A DNA stretch of 64,000 nt from Mayamaea pseudoterrestris. Its lineage: Eukaryota. This document shows positions 23,834 to 36,186 of this stretch, in pieces. The notes under the pieces were generated by a model. The model was not told where the DNA came from and ran no database searches. It saw nothing but the letters and a program-made list of their open reading frames with translations. The position numbers and the translations under genes were made by a program. The stretch lies in assembly GCA_027923505.1 (NCBI GenBank), contig BROI01000035.1, positions 1 through 64,000 on the forward strand, given 5' to 3'. Positions within the stretch are counted from its first letter, which is position 1. The number at the start of each line of letters is the position of its first letter.

Positions 23834-24172
23834 TTACATTGGCATGATCGTGTAGGTTTGCGTTTCGACTTGCGAAACACCGACAATCGCTTTCAACTTC
23901 TCCAGATAAGCTGGCTCGGGCTCGAACTTCGACGCTTCCCAAGCTTCAAACTGGTCAGCCGATACACTTGTAATGACTTTGAAATCCATGCAGCTGCCAC
24001 AGACAATGCGCTGAACTTGTTTAAATCCGTCAACCTTCTTCACATCGGTCAAGACCGACTCTAACAAGGCTTGCGACTCCTGCAACGACTTCTTGTCGTT
24101 GTCCTGCGACCACTTGCAGCGCCATTCACGAGCAATAGTGTCAAACTCAACTCCTTCCGTAACTGATTTCAT
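23834..24172 (-). CDS. Small conserved protein (112 aa) with AREWRCKW and CxxC; no targeting peptide
   Basis: ATG ORF colinear with its paralogue at 25868-26445. Confidence 0.8.
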   Translation of the reverse strand: MKSVTEGVEFDTIAREWRCKWSQDNDKKSLQESQALLESVLTDVKKVDGFKQVQRIVCGSCMDFKVITSVSADQFEAWEASKFEPEPAYLEKLKAIVGVSQVETQTYTIMPM

Positions 24173-24930
24173 TGTTCTGTGTCAAATAAATGCCAAAAGA
24201 ATATGTGAACGGCGAGTTGTGCGGTTGTGCTTGCAAGTGCACGCGACAGCGATTGCAGTGGACGTCAAACAAGCATGCTCTTCCTGCACAAGATTACAAC
24301 ATATGAATTGCGACGTGTTCGACAGCTGCGAATCCATGCTTCGACGGAAACAACCTAGCACAGGCGACGTACGATGTTGTCGTATTGTCTGGTTTTTTCG
24401 ACGCCGGGTCAGGTTCCTTTTCGTCGTCCACACGATCACGTTTCTTTTCACTCATATTCTCCTGTCAACGTTAAATTGCGTAAAATAAAAGCAGTAGTTA
24501 CCTATGGTATGCTTTCGCGTTATGTTGGTGAATAGAAAGATCGTCGATGGAAGATCGAAGATCCATTTTTAAGCCCATCCGTGAATCACGATCTGTGTCG
24601 CTGCGGTTTCAATTTAACTTACAGTACCGGTACGAGTACATAGAACTTGAGGTTGGAGCAAACGTTGGCCTTGTATTCTTGCCATTCTGTTCCAGTGCCG
24701 TATCATACCGATACGTTTGTGCCGGTAATGTACATCAGCATACAATTCAGCCATGTCAGGTATGCAATGCATGTGACAGGATGGGCAAATAAACTTGAAT
24801 GATTTAGATAAACCAGTGTGTCCATGCACCTTGGTTTTTGTCACAGAAATAGATGATAAAGACTACTCAGCTAATGACATATACTTGTATGTCGGTAGTG
24901 TAGGCAGCAGCTCGGAATGCCGTAGCCGCA

Positions 24931-25623
24931 CTACAAGCTCTTTGATAAGATTTCGTAATCCTTGTGCTTTGGGCTGTCGCAGTCAACAACATACCCCAAA
25001 GCTAACTTATAAAAGTCCATGGCAATCGCATTCTGTTTGAATACAGTCAGCATAATCTTTTCCATTGTATTTGCTCTTCCAATCTGCTCTAAATAGCCCA
25101 TTAGTTTCTTGCCGAGTCCTTGCTTGCGAAAGGCAGATGCAATCTGTACTTCGTACACGTACAAGACGACGCAATCAGGTCTTTCTTCGTCATCCAACTC
25201 AAACCGAAAGTGCGCAAAAGCAACTAAATCATTGGTGATGCTGTCTTGTGGTTGTCGTCGCACAATCAAATAACGTGCTTTTCGGTGTCCCAGCTCCGCT
25301 CGCTTGGCCACCATGTCGAGTCCCCATGAACTATTGCGATACATGTCGCCCATGTTGGTTTCAAAGAGGAGTAGAGCCTGCTCCAACAGATTATTGCAAA
25401 GTTGATGTGGAGAAGAGACAGTCTCTATAATGAGCTTTATCTGGCGCTTCGTCATATCGTCGTTGTCAATTTGTCCTTCCATCATGGTTGAGACACCACC
25501 ATCGTCGACTTGGACCGTGAAGGGCTGCAAGCATTTATCGCCAGCACACTCCAGTAGATTCTTCACCTTGTCAGCCTTGTCGATCGTTTTGCGAAGCTGC
25601 TTGAGGATCTTCGCTTTAACCAT
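24931..25623 (-). CDS. NAA40: N-alpha-acetyltransferase 40 (NatD, histone H4/H2A N-terminal acetyltransferase)
   Basis: NMGDMY..SSWG, ARYLIV, VAFAHFRF, VLYVYEVQI...RKQGLGKKLM, MLTVFKQN..A..FY, YEILSK. Confidence 0.88.
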   Translation of the reverse strand: MVKAKILKQLRKTIDKADKVKNLLECAGDKCLQPFTVQVDDGGVSTMMEGQIDNDDMTKRQIKLIIETVSSPHQLCNNLLEQALLLFETNMGDMYRNSSWGLDMVAKRAELGHRKARYLIVRRQPQDSITNDLVAFAHFRFELDDEERPDCVVLYVYEVQIASAFRKQGLGKKLMGYLEQIGRANTMEKIMLTVFKQNAIAMDFYKLALGYVVDCDSPKHKDYEILSKSL

Positions 25624-25867
25624 ATTATTTCAAGACATAAATTTGATGAGGCGCATTTTTGTGTGGGCAGTTTTTTTGTCGCCTTCCAGTAAGTACCGGT
25701 ACGTGTCGCACCAGCAATTACGCATCCAATTCTTACGTCATCGCTCGAAATCATTCATGCCGATGGATCCAGAAGATCCATTCTGTTGTCCTGCTGGTGC
25801 TGCCATCAATCAATCTCACCATTACTTCTCGTCCTTTGCAATCTAAGAATTGAACTCGCACGCTATA

Positions 25868-26445
25868 ATGAAGGTTGTTACCGCTCTGTCTCTTCTTTTG
25901 ACTTCCACCAAGGTAAGTCGGTTATAAACATGAATGCCACATGACACATGACACGGAACCAATCCAATAATTTGTGCAGCTTGAGGCGACTTGTCGGATA
26001 TTCAAAATGATCTCGCATCGTAAGACTCAAGCTTTCTTTCATTGTACAGGCATTCACGACGGGGCCTGCCTTTGCTTCAAGGGCAGCTCGTGCAGCCTCG
26101 TCGCTTTCCGTGACGATTGCCGACGGAGTCGAGTTTGACAAGATTGCACGCGAGTGGCGCTGCAAATGGAGCGGAGACAACGACAAGTCAAGCCTCGTCG
26201 AAGCTCAAAAGGCTCTCGAAGCCGTTCTGCCATCAATCAAGCAAGTTGACGGCCTCATCGAAGTGGAACGTGTCGTCTGTGGCGGCTGCCTTGACTTTAA
26301 AGTTGTTTCGACTCTTTCGGCCGAAAAGTTTGGAGACTGGGAAGCCAAAGAGTTTGCACCAGAATCTGATTTCTTGAAGAAGTTGGAAGGAATTAATGGA
26401 ATCTCCGTGGTTGAGACCCAAACTTATACGAAGATGCCAATGTAA
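25868..26445 (+). CDS. Plastid-targeted paralogue of the 112-aa CxxC protein; intron 25913-26049
   Basis: Exon 1 (MKVVTALSLLLTSTK) splices in frame to AFTTGPAFASRAARAASSLS, giving a signal peptide with F at +1 plus a transit peptide. Mature part continues GVEFDKIAREWRCKW...VCGGCLDFKV. Confidence 0.8.
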
Positions 26446-27700
26446 GGCAGCAGATAAGATATTAGCCTACGTAGGGCGTAGTAATGTCGACTGCTGTCTC
26501 GTTTATAGTACTTGCACGCGGAGCAATAGACTATATATACTTATAGTTACAGTGCGCGCTTTTTTATTCAGATGCAAATGAAACGTAGCAATAGCAACTG
26601 CTGCGGCCTTGGTATGACGCACTGCTTTCAAATACGGCATTCTACTCAAACATGATCTCATGATTGGTCGGCGGGTTGTCGCTTGCACCACATCGTGATT
26701 TGCCATTGCCCTTGTAGCTTCTCATGTGTTCGTTGAAACAGCCATCTAATCTCCTAGCCTACGCTTTCGGCTGACTCCGATCGACTTGGAACGCGACGAA
26801 GCGACGAAGATGCTCACATTCTTTATCCATTTCCTCACGTAGCAATTCGTGAAAGTTCAGATCCCACGACGAGTGCTGTCCCAACCTCCAAGTCTTGGCC
26901 CTCATCGTTCACAGTATCCTCGTTCAGCCAATCCAACCATGTGTGATGTTGCCTCGCCGTGAGTTTGACCTAAAGGTTCTCAGCTCGGACATGGGCAGGC
27001 CTGTACCGGCAGAATGAATTCATACACGCAATACTCACATGCCACCAGCCAGATATGCAAACCCCAAGTAGTTTTGAAGTAAGCAACGATTGGAAAGGCT
27101 AAAGGCTCAACGTGAGCGTCAGGCGTCAGGTGGCTTCTTGACGACTTTCGGCAAGCACAAAGCCGGTGGCATTAAATTGCTTGAGCTTGTTCGAGTTGTC
27201 GTACACGGGATAACTTCAAGCTATTCCATTTGTTGTAAGCCTCTGTAAAGTCGTTAGACGGTGACAGACCTAGCTCTTTGGCCTTCTCTACCGCAAGTGT
27301 GTTCACTCGCCCAACTTTTCGCGCTTATTGGTGCGAAAGATTCTCCGCGTCGTCGCGAGTCAAATTGGCTACCGGTACGACAACGAACTGCTGAACCGAC
27401 TGACGTCAGTGTGGTTGACGCCGAGGCCAAAATCGTCTCGACGAAAACCATGATCTGCTTTTTCCTTGCCCCATCTCGCGAGCCAAGTAACGGCAGAGCA
27501 TCGCACCTCAACAATAGTATACTAATCGACTACATCCTAGAGACTTTTATTAGTAACAAAAAGTGATTAACGCGCGACAGTAAGATTGAAACCCAGTTGC
27601 CATTTCTCGTGAGAGCATTTAAACGGGCGTCAACTGAAGATTGAACACTAGCCAGTACGTTGCCTTCGACATGTCGTCACAATGGCCGTACCGCTTCGCA

Positions 27701-30313
27701 TCGAGGATGCGACATCATTGGAGATACTCAGCACCAAGTTTCAAGGCGTCTGTGCTGGTTGGTGTTGGGTCTATCGTTGGCACTCAAATACATTGCAATG
27801 GCAACGACGACAATCAACCGATAAAGAAGGAAATGGACGATGGGTATCTCGGTCGACTTCTTCAAACGTACGTGCCACAAACGGTTTTACCGAAATTATC
27901 AAAGTTGCGATCCTCGGCGAATCATACTGCGTGTGAAAGCAGCAGTTTCTCTGCAAGCGTCATGACCCGCTTGTCGAACATTCGAAAACGTCGGAATACA
28001 TTCAAAACTATGCAAGATCAGGCCGAAAGAGAGACTCTTGAATCAAGATACGTCATTGACTGGAGCAATCCGATTGGAGAAGGAAGTTTTGGATCCGTTT
28101 ATTCGGCAGTTGATCGCAAAACGAGCGAAAAAGTTGCTGTGAAGAAAATTTCCAAGCGCGCGACGGACGACGTATCCTTCCAGCGAGAAATGGATGCACT
28201 CATGCATATTCGGGAACACGGAGGACATCCACATATATGTGGTTTGCGAGCAAACTATGATCAGGGCGACTATTATTACCTCGTTTTGGATTTGGTCAGC
28301 GGAGGTGAAATGTTCGATCATTTGTGTACGCATGGAGCCTACTCCGAGGCGGATGCAGCACGACTAATACGTGAAGTTGCTTCAGCGCTAGCTTTTCTGC
28401 ATGGCCTTCAAACGGTCCATGGCGATTTAAAACCAGGTACGAATAGAGCTAGAATCAAGCAAACACAGGCTATACTTTTGCATGTGACTAACGCAGTTGT
28501 CTCCTTCTTAATATAGAAAATCGTAAATATACTTTTCATGCCTCAAGTGGCGCTGTGTGATGGATGATACTGTCTAAACTGACACTTCACTCCTTTGTTT
28601 CTGACAACAGTCATGCTATCAAGTGAGAAAGCAGGGAGCGCCGCCGTCAAGCTCGTCGACTTTGGTAGCGCTCAGGTTTCAATAGCAGACGACACTGATG
28701 AAACGTTTGAACTGTCAGTCGCCCGCCCTACCGCCTCAACGCCGGCGTATAGTCCTCCAGAATTTCTTGAGAATAAAGATGTATCTCACATTGATCCGTC
28801 ATTTGACATGTGGGCGCTGGGTGTTATTCTCTACATTATGCTGAGTGGGGTTCATCCTTTCGACCTATATGGTGACGCCACTGACGAGGAGATTGAGCAC
28901 GAAATTCGTTCCGGGCACCGGCCTCCAACACGCAACTCCCCTTTGACCGCCCACTTATCGCCGCACGCCATCAAACTCATAGAGCGCCTTCTCGAATGGG
29001 ATCCGTCAAAGCGAATGACGGCGCTTGAACTCCTCGAAGACCCATGGGTGCGAGGGGAGACGGCTCGTCGCAAGAAAATGGCTGACTCTGACAAGCGTCT
29101 TTCAGCCTATCGCACGTTCAAGACCAAGTTAGAAGCGCAACTATTTAAAAGTATGATATCATGGAGTGAAGAGGCCGAGGAAAAGGACAATGAGAGCGTC
29201 TCAAAACGAACTTCATTGATTGAACGAGCCTTTCGAGCGCTGGATCCCGATGATCGAGGATACGTGACAGCGCGAGAGCTAAAGAGCATGACCGAGTCTG
29301 GCGACGACGTGGTTGAAGGATCAGATCACCAGCTGTCCTTGTCTGGCTTCTCAGATTTACTGTCAGAGAACATGAAGAATCGGCACTTCCCCAAGGGCCA
29401 CCTCATTTACAAGGAGGGTGATATCGGCAACGCCATGTATTTTATCAACTCTGGCAGCATTGAAGTATACACGCACGACGGCTCCCGGCAAGTCCGGCAC
29501 ACTGGTGACTTTTTTGGTGAAGGCGCCCTTATGCATCCCAAGCGCATCCGTTCAGCTTCAGTTCGCTGCATGACTCCGCTACATGCGATTGAAATATCTC
29601 GCGAATACTTTGAAAAGTATTTAGCGTCGGACGAAAACATCAAACTCAATCTGCGCGAAAAGGACAAGGGTCGCAAGCGACAACGCGCCAAAATCATGTT
29701 GCAGCTCCAACAGAATATGAAGCAAAAGACGCTGAGAAAAGGTGACTTTGTTTTTAAGGTTGGCGAGGAAGGAAGGGAGCTTTATGTTCTTGAGGATGGC
29801 GAAATTGATTTGCAAATTGAGGGTAATAGTATATCGGCCGTCAATAAGGGCGAGATGACTGGTGAACATTCACTCATTTTCGGCAAGCCCCGTAATGTTG
29901 ACGCCATCTGCGTCAGCGACACTTGCACGTTAGAAACTCTCAAGGCTGGAGACTTTTACAAGCTTCTCGACTCTCACCCAACACTAAAGGAAGGAATCCA
30001 AGACATCTGTCTAAGACGAGAATTTATGAAAGCCTTGTGTTACTATTTGAACCGCTCTTTCCCTAAAAATGATGAGGAGCTTAAGGAAGCGTTTGATGCC
30101 GTGGATGAGAAAAGGACTGGCGCCTTGGAGCTGGAGCAGGTCAGCATGATGGTCAAGAAGTTTAATCCTACCTATACTGAGAATGACGTTCGGGCCATCA
30201 TCAACTCGTTGGCGCTGCATGAGGCGAACCGCGTGACATGGCCGGAGTTCCTCCACATATTCGGTCACAGCAACAAGGAACGAACAGTGGGTTTGCTAAA
30301 TTCATCCGACTAA
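27701..30313 (+). CDS. CAMK-group Ser/Thr kinase with EF-hands and two cyclic-nucleotide-binding domains; exons to 28436, 28517-28522 (microexon), 28611-30313
   Basis: Kinase: GEGSFG, VAVK, HGDLKP-EN-LML, DFG, SPPE, DMWALG. EF-hand DPDDRGYVTARE. cNMP domains: EGDIGNAMYFI...GDFFGEGAL...RSASV and GEEGRELYVL...GEMTGEHSL..KPR. C-terminal EF-hand pair. Start uncertain. Confidence 0.88.
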
Positions 30314-30522
30314 ATTTGCTATGTAAACGATCGTAATATGATGGAGGAGTATTGGTACACCCTAAAGATGGATTAGCTAAAGCGGGTGTGGAATGTCGCT
30401 CCGCGTTATGAAAAACACGTTTCACGGATTTTTTCAACACCACTCGATCTGCACTTTTGAGTCTCCACCATGGCTGATTAAAGGATTCAAGGCGGCAAAT
30501 CTAGGATGCTTTGCCTAGCGAA

Positions 30523-32019
30523 ATGAATTTGTCAAACGCTCTGATAATGAGTGGCATCTCATTGATAAATGTGTTTTGTCGCGTCAATGGCTTTTCGCCG
30601 TGCCGTCGTGCGTTCCAGCATGGTCAGCGATCATTTTCGTTGTTAGAGCAGCATGCACATAGGAGAAAGGTGGCAGTAATTGGTGGAGGATTAGCTGGAC
30701 TAGCAACTGTTTTTCATTTGACCGAAAAGGAGTCTCAGATTGAGATTACGATCTTTGACAAGAATGCTGCTGGAACGGGAGGAGCTTCCTCTGTCGCAGG
30801 TGGGTGAGTGATATGCACGTTATAATGATTGATCAAGCACTATTTCGACCATGTTGAGTCGACTCGTCCATGATTATTATACAATATTTGCTACTCTTTA
30901 GAGAGTCTTGCGACTCGTGAAGAATTATTTTCACCAAGATCTCTGAGACGAGAACTTCCATGACTGATTGCATGATTCGCTGCGTATTGATGAATCCCAA
31001 CCTTTGACGCCTGCTCCTTTTCTTTCTTCTTCCTGACTAATAGACTCCTCCATCCGCTATCGCCTCGTGGAAAGCTTGTTCATTGCGGCATGGAGGGACT
31101 CGAGGCGTCGAATCGCTTGATTGACGCAGCGCGGAAATATGACGGCAAGGTGCAAATGCGAGACGAGCTCTTTCGGGTGGCCATGAATCCGAAACAAGCC
31201 GACGACTTGAAAGCGACGGCAGAGCTATATCCAAATTTTTCCGAATGGATATCGAGCAGCGATCTGGGTTCACAAGGAATCCTTCATCATACCGCAGAGG
31301 GCAAGATTATGGGTGCGTTGCGATTGCACAATGGATGCCAAGTATTGCATGTTCCATCCTATTTGCAGGCTCTGTGGAGACATTTTCAGGCCAAAAACTT
31401 TTGGGTCGACTGGAAGCTGGTTGGCGCCGAAAATTCATCAGCGTGGTGGCAAGAGCAACTCGCAGAATTTGACGCTTTGGTTCTTAGCTGTGGAGATGGT
31501 TTGTTCTCATCTTTCTTTCCGGCCGATCATCTACCCATCCAATTGGTCCATGGACAATCCATCGAAATGCGTGTGCCCAAACGGATCAGCCCTTTCCAAC
31601 ATGGTCTATTGAGTGGCAAATACATTTCGCCCTTGCCAGACGAATCACTGGTTTTGGTTGGTGCGTCTCACGAATTTCAAATTGACCCTTTGACTCGCGA
31701 CGACCTTATGGTTGAGCTCCAAACTCGTACGCATGATATGGCGCCCTATGTTTGGAGTGAAGGTGTGCTGGAGCGTGTTACGCGAGGGACGCGGGTTCAG
31801 AGTCAGCGGGGAAAGCATGGGCGATTGCCGATTATCGGTCGAGTTGATCACGACGCCCATCCGAACGTGTGGCTGTTTACGGGCTTGAGTAGCAGAGGAC
31901 TGTTATATCACGCGCTTTACGGTGAGATGCTAGCCGAGGCCATTCTTGCCGACTCGGAGGGTGCTTTGCGGAAGAGCCATAGCGATATATTTTGGTGGCG
32001 GCGCAGGGGAAACGATTAA
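30523..32019 (+). CDS. FAD-dependent oxidoreductase (DAO/glycine-oxidase-like), probably plastid-targeted; intron 30804-31043
   Basis: VAVIGGGLAG, GGASSVAGG|LLHPLSPRGK, RLPIIG, FTGLSSRGLLYH; N-terminal VNG-F motif. Confidence 0.82.
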
Positions 32020-32305
32020 TGACGGACGATTTGGAATGAAGGTCGATCTTTGCCGTGGAAAGCAACACATGGCATCAAATGAATGGAACATGCCAAAGCC
32101 ACCAGCCTAGTTTGTGCTTGTTGCCCGCTCATTTCTTGCTCGAACAACAGTACACTTCCTGTCAAGATCAAGTGCCGTTAGCGGTAGTGAGTGTTCCAGC
32201 AGAGTGCGACACTACTTAACACTTGTAGTGTCGAGTAATAAGGCGCTTCCCGATAAAATTTGATAAATGACAGATTTGAAATGTACAATATGTAATTAAG
32301 TTGTA

Positions 32306-33484
32306 CTATTGCTTATCAATAAATGACAAGTCATCTGGATTCTTCCATTCGTCATCATCTATTATAACCGCACTACCATTACTAAGTGGCACAAACGCCT
32401 TGACCCAATCATCTTGCTGCATCTCCGACATGGCAGCGTAATACTTGCTCATGCGATGCGAGTTGAGTGCACCTGGCAGCCACATGTATGGCATGGCGTA
32501 CCATCCAAATGGCACGCCCGCTAAGTTTAAGGAAGAGTCGCCGTAGTGCCGATAGTATGCCACCGGTGCAGTGCTACTGTTTGATGGCCACCAATAGGAG
32601 CTCCAGGTATCATTTTTGACCGTTTCGTACAACTGAATGGTATGTCCAGCGTGGTAGTAAAGCTCAGGCAGTCGCGCCACCAAATCCCAGCCCAAGACGA
32701 CGCGCCAGATAGATAGTGACCGTATGAGGGGATTATTGTGAATGTAATCCTTGTAAGCGGCATTTCCAATTCGTGGACATCCAAAGTTGATGGATGTGAT
32801 AGTGTTTGGAAAGTACTGACTGGAATGCAAGGTGAGCGCTACAGCCGTCAAGGCGCTGTTAGCGGCGCCCAGCGAATGTCCGGTCACGTAAAGCTTCTTC
32901 TTTGTCCGTCTCATCCAAGTTGCTTGCGACTCGTATAACTGCTCAAGTTTGCAACAAACGGCATCGTAAAGTCCGTCACTAAAGACTGCTTGATTGAAGC
33001 CAGCATGAACTTTAACATCGGCATGGTTCGGCAGCGTGTGATTCGTGTCACCAAATGGTGTTTGTAATAAATGGACATCCGTCAGCGAGGATTCTAAATC
33101 GTCCGTTCCAGCAAAGACAACGGCAACGTAGGTCTTGGATGAAACAATCATGACTTGCGTCGATGATTCCGTCGCGCTAGCGTTGCCGCCTCTGTGCGAA
33201 TACCAGTGACACTCAACTCCATAGGCGGAATAGTCGGCGTTGATCATGGGACACACCAAGTCGTCATCGACGAATCTGTGAAATTTGTAGATAAGAGACG
33301 ATAGCCTGGCCATTTCCGTCGTTTCTCGGAGTGAAGGAAAGGAATTGGACAAGGAGATGGTTGAAGATGATTGGTGTCGAAGTGGCTGGAGCGTTGGAAC
33401 AACTTGAATTTGCTGACACCTGCCATGGTAAACGAAACCATTTGCTAGTAACAAAATGTAGCACACCCACGACCGCCTTTTCAT
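32306..33484 (-). CDS. Secreted class 3 lipase
   Basis: Signal peptide; VVFAGTD, VHAGF, VTGHSLGAA (GxSxG), NFGCPRIGN, DLVARLP, HAG. Confidence 0.88.
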   Translation of the reverse strand: MKRRSWVCYILLLANGFVYHGRCQQIQVVPTLQPLRHQSSSTISLSNSFPSLRETTEMARLSSLIYKFHRFVDDDLVCPMINADYSAYGVECHWYSHRGGNASATESSTQVMIVSSKTYVAVVFAGTDDLESSLTDVHLLQTPFGDTNHTLPNHADVKVHAGFNQAVFSDGLYDAVCCKLEQLYESQATWMRRTKKKLYVTGHSLGAANSALTAVALTLHSSQYFPNTITSINFGCPRIGNAAYKDYIHNNPLIRSLSIWRVVLGWDLVARLPELYYHAGHTIQLYETVKNDTWSSYWWPSNSSTAPVAYYRHYGDSSLNLAGVPFGWYAMPYMWLPGALNSHRMSKYYAAMSEMQQDDWVKAFVPLSNGSAVIIDDDEWKNPDDLSFIDKQ

Positions 33485-33911
33485 ATTTGATGCTCAGAAC
33501 CGAAGTAGCTGCCGAGGTGATGATAGTTGCTAGTTGTAAGTAGAGTGTGAAGGTGTGGAGTATTGCTTTCCGCAAGCGCTCGACGAAAGCTTCATGGAAG
33601 GCATCATGAACAGGGAAAACTAGTATCGATTTAAGTGTACGCAAATGGGCGTGACCATGACGCTTTTTCATGAGCGCATACGTAGCTTTCAGTATTCACA
33701 GTCACAACAAAAAACGGCACTTGGAAACTGTCAAACTGTCCCGCTAAGACATGTCACGCATCTCGTAGCGTCCCCAACAACAAAATCGGACCATCACGAT
33801 GGTTGCGACTGCATAAATTCCCTTGTGCTCTGAATCATATTGACGCAACTGCTCCAGACTGCTCTTGCTTTGTCTAAAAGAGAAAAATTAACACGATAAC
33901 AAAGCCGCGCT

Positions 33912-36011
33912 ATGGAACTTCCATTTGCAGTTGATTACTCTGCCGCGTCAACACCATTGAAACCTACTCCTTCGCAGCCAGCTTTAGCTTCCAAATCCCA
34001 TGCGACGGCAGAATCATTCTCTACAGATGACGACGATTCTCTCGTCATTGCGTCCTCGCAAGGAAGTTTGATGCCGTCTGAAGCTACTTTTGATTACAAA
34101 CCGGGTCTTTCAAAGAACACTGAATCAACCTCGCCGTTTTCTGTAGACTCGCAAATTATCAGATTGAATGCGCCACATCAAATCTACAACCAAAATGATC
34201 ATGACGAGGATGGATTTAATCAACTGTTGTCACAATTTGGTGTTGCTGGTCCGTCGCAAGCGGAGGAAGCTGAGTTTACCTATGTGACAGTAGGCCAAGC
34301 GGAGGACGATGACATGGTGTTGGCTGGAGACGATGATGGTTTGGAGAGAGACGATGAAAATTTGTCCAAGGCGCCATGTCGGAAAGAAAGCGAAGGCGTA
34401 CTAGCATTGTTATTGACTGGTCCAGTGAATCGAGAGGCAGATGCGCTTTTAAACGTGACCGAGCAAGCGAGTCGAGCCGTAGAAGAAGCTGCTGAAGCGA
34501 AGAAGCAAGGCAACTTGCAGCACGCCCTCGACGCTCATACATTGGCGGCGAATTTGTTCAAACAAGCTGCCACTGCTGTCAAGGATAAAGATGGTACGTA
34601 ATCACGATGGATTTTTTACTGTGATGCCGTAACGAGAAATTGGCGGATGGTTGAGGATACACAACAACATACGCCTCACCCTGCTCCTTGTTGAAATACA
34701 GTCGCCTTGGCACATTCACTTCTACTTTTGAGTCAAACGCATGCAAAGGCTGGCTTGGCACTTAAGCGAATTGTCAAACTGCATCCCAGCAACATTGTAA
34801 GAGACATGCGAGATCAATGGCTGCCAACCACGACAATTTCTGACAATACGCAAAAGGACAGACTACGGGCGACAGTCCGTGGTGCTCTCGACAATCGACC
34901 ACATCAAGCGGACATTAGCAACTCGACGTTTCTAGGATGGGCACCTGCGAAAGAATTAGAGACTGATCCCCCTACCGCATCATCCCTTCCAGTGAAAGGC
35001 CAGGAACAACATCAAGATTCGACTACTAGTACGAACCCTGTGGATGAAATGATGCAACTTGAAAAAGAGCTTAACTCGATGGACATGGCCTTATCCATGT
35101 GCAACTCGATTGCTTCGCTAGATGTCCGGACTCAGAGTCGCTTGAAACATTCCATGATAGACGGGTCCTTCATGGTGGTGCAGCCCGATTCAAACGCGAA
35201 CGTGTGCAGCACCTCGCACCAAACCACACCGCCACGCGAGACGTACGGCGCAACTACTGGGACTACCAATGCTCGGGCTAGAGCAAATCGAGTGCAAACT
35301 ATACTTGATGCGACGACAACGGCAGCACGCCCATTAGTTGCTCCGGCACCGTTGCAGCAATCAGCGACTGGTAGATCGATGCAGTTAAACAATCAAAACG
35401 GCAGTGGTCTTGAAAGCAGCTGGTTGGGCTCGAACGCGTCACACATGCTCGCGTCGTCCATAATTTCAATGGGAACATCTGTCGGCGGACGAAACCACAT
35501 ATCTTCCCCTGGGTCGGCTAATAGCAAGCAGCTACTTCGCCTCATGGACTCTTTGAAGACTCTTGGTGACGAGAATGCAGCGCTTTTGAGGGAAGTTCAA
35601 GATGCCGAGAAGGCGAGAAAGGAAGCATATGCCGCTAAGGAACAAATGAGACGGTTTAAGAATGAGTACGCGAAGAAATTTGGGGCATTAAAGGAGGCGC
35701 TAGAGAATGTCAGAAAGAATCATGCTGCCAACGCCGACGCTTCCAATCCAGTGCTTGACAGCGAGTTTATAAGGACTTCAGGATACGTACAAGAGCAAGA
35801 GCAGCGTATCAGGAAGCTCACAGACGAACTTGCCAAAGAGAAGGACGATAATAAGAAGAAAGATGCTACGCTGCGCAAGTACGAAACTTTTTATCGAGAA
35901 GTGAAAATGAGGAGCGCTCAGAAGGCGGCGCAGCGGCAAAAAGAGACTGCTCAGCAACAAAGACAGCTTCCACCGGCCTATCGACCTGTCAGGAAAGAGA
36001 TGCATAAATAG
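33912..36011 (+). CDS. MIT-like + coiled-coil protein of unknown function; intron 34594-34701
   Basis: Two ORFs joined in frame by a GT-AG intron; three-helix segment (A..A...G....A..H..AA..F) and a long C-terminal coiled coil. Confidence 0.65.
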
Positions 36012-36186
36012 ACTTGTCTGCGGTTAAGGTATAACGAGTAGAGTAACAGTCACTACACTATGTGCTATATTCTTCATTGCTGAGGCAACATTGGTGAATT
36101 ATGTCGCCTTCTCCAATCACGGATTAGTTATGAAATTATACTTTTTGCACTAAATATGGCGCCCTTAGAATTGTCAAGCCCATGAC

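Noticed and set aside
26450..27640. About 1.2 kb without a long ORF, containing short coding-like fragments on the minus strand
   Set aside because: No motif, repeat or consistent splice model could be supported. It may be a decayed gene, but that needs a homology search.
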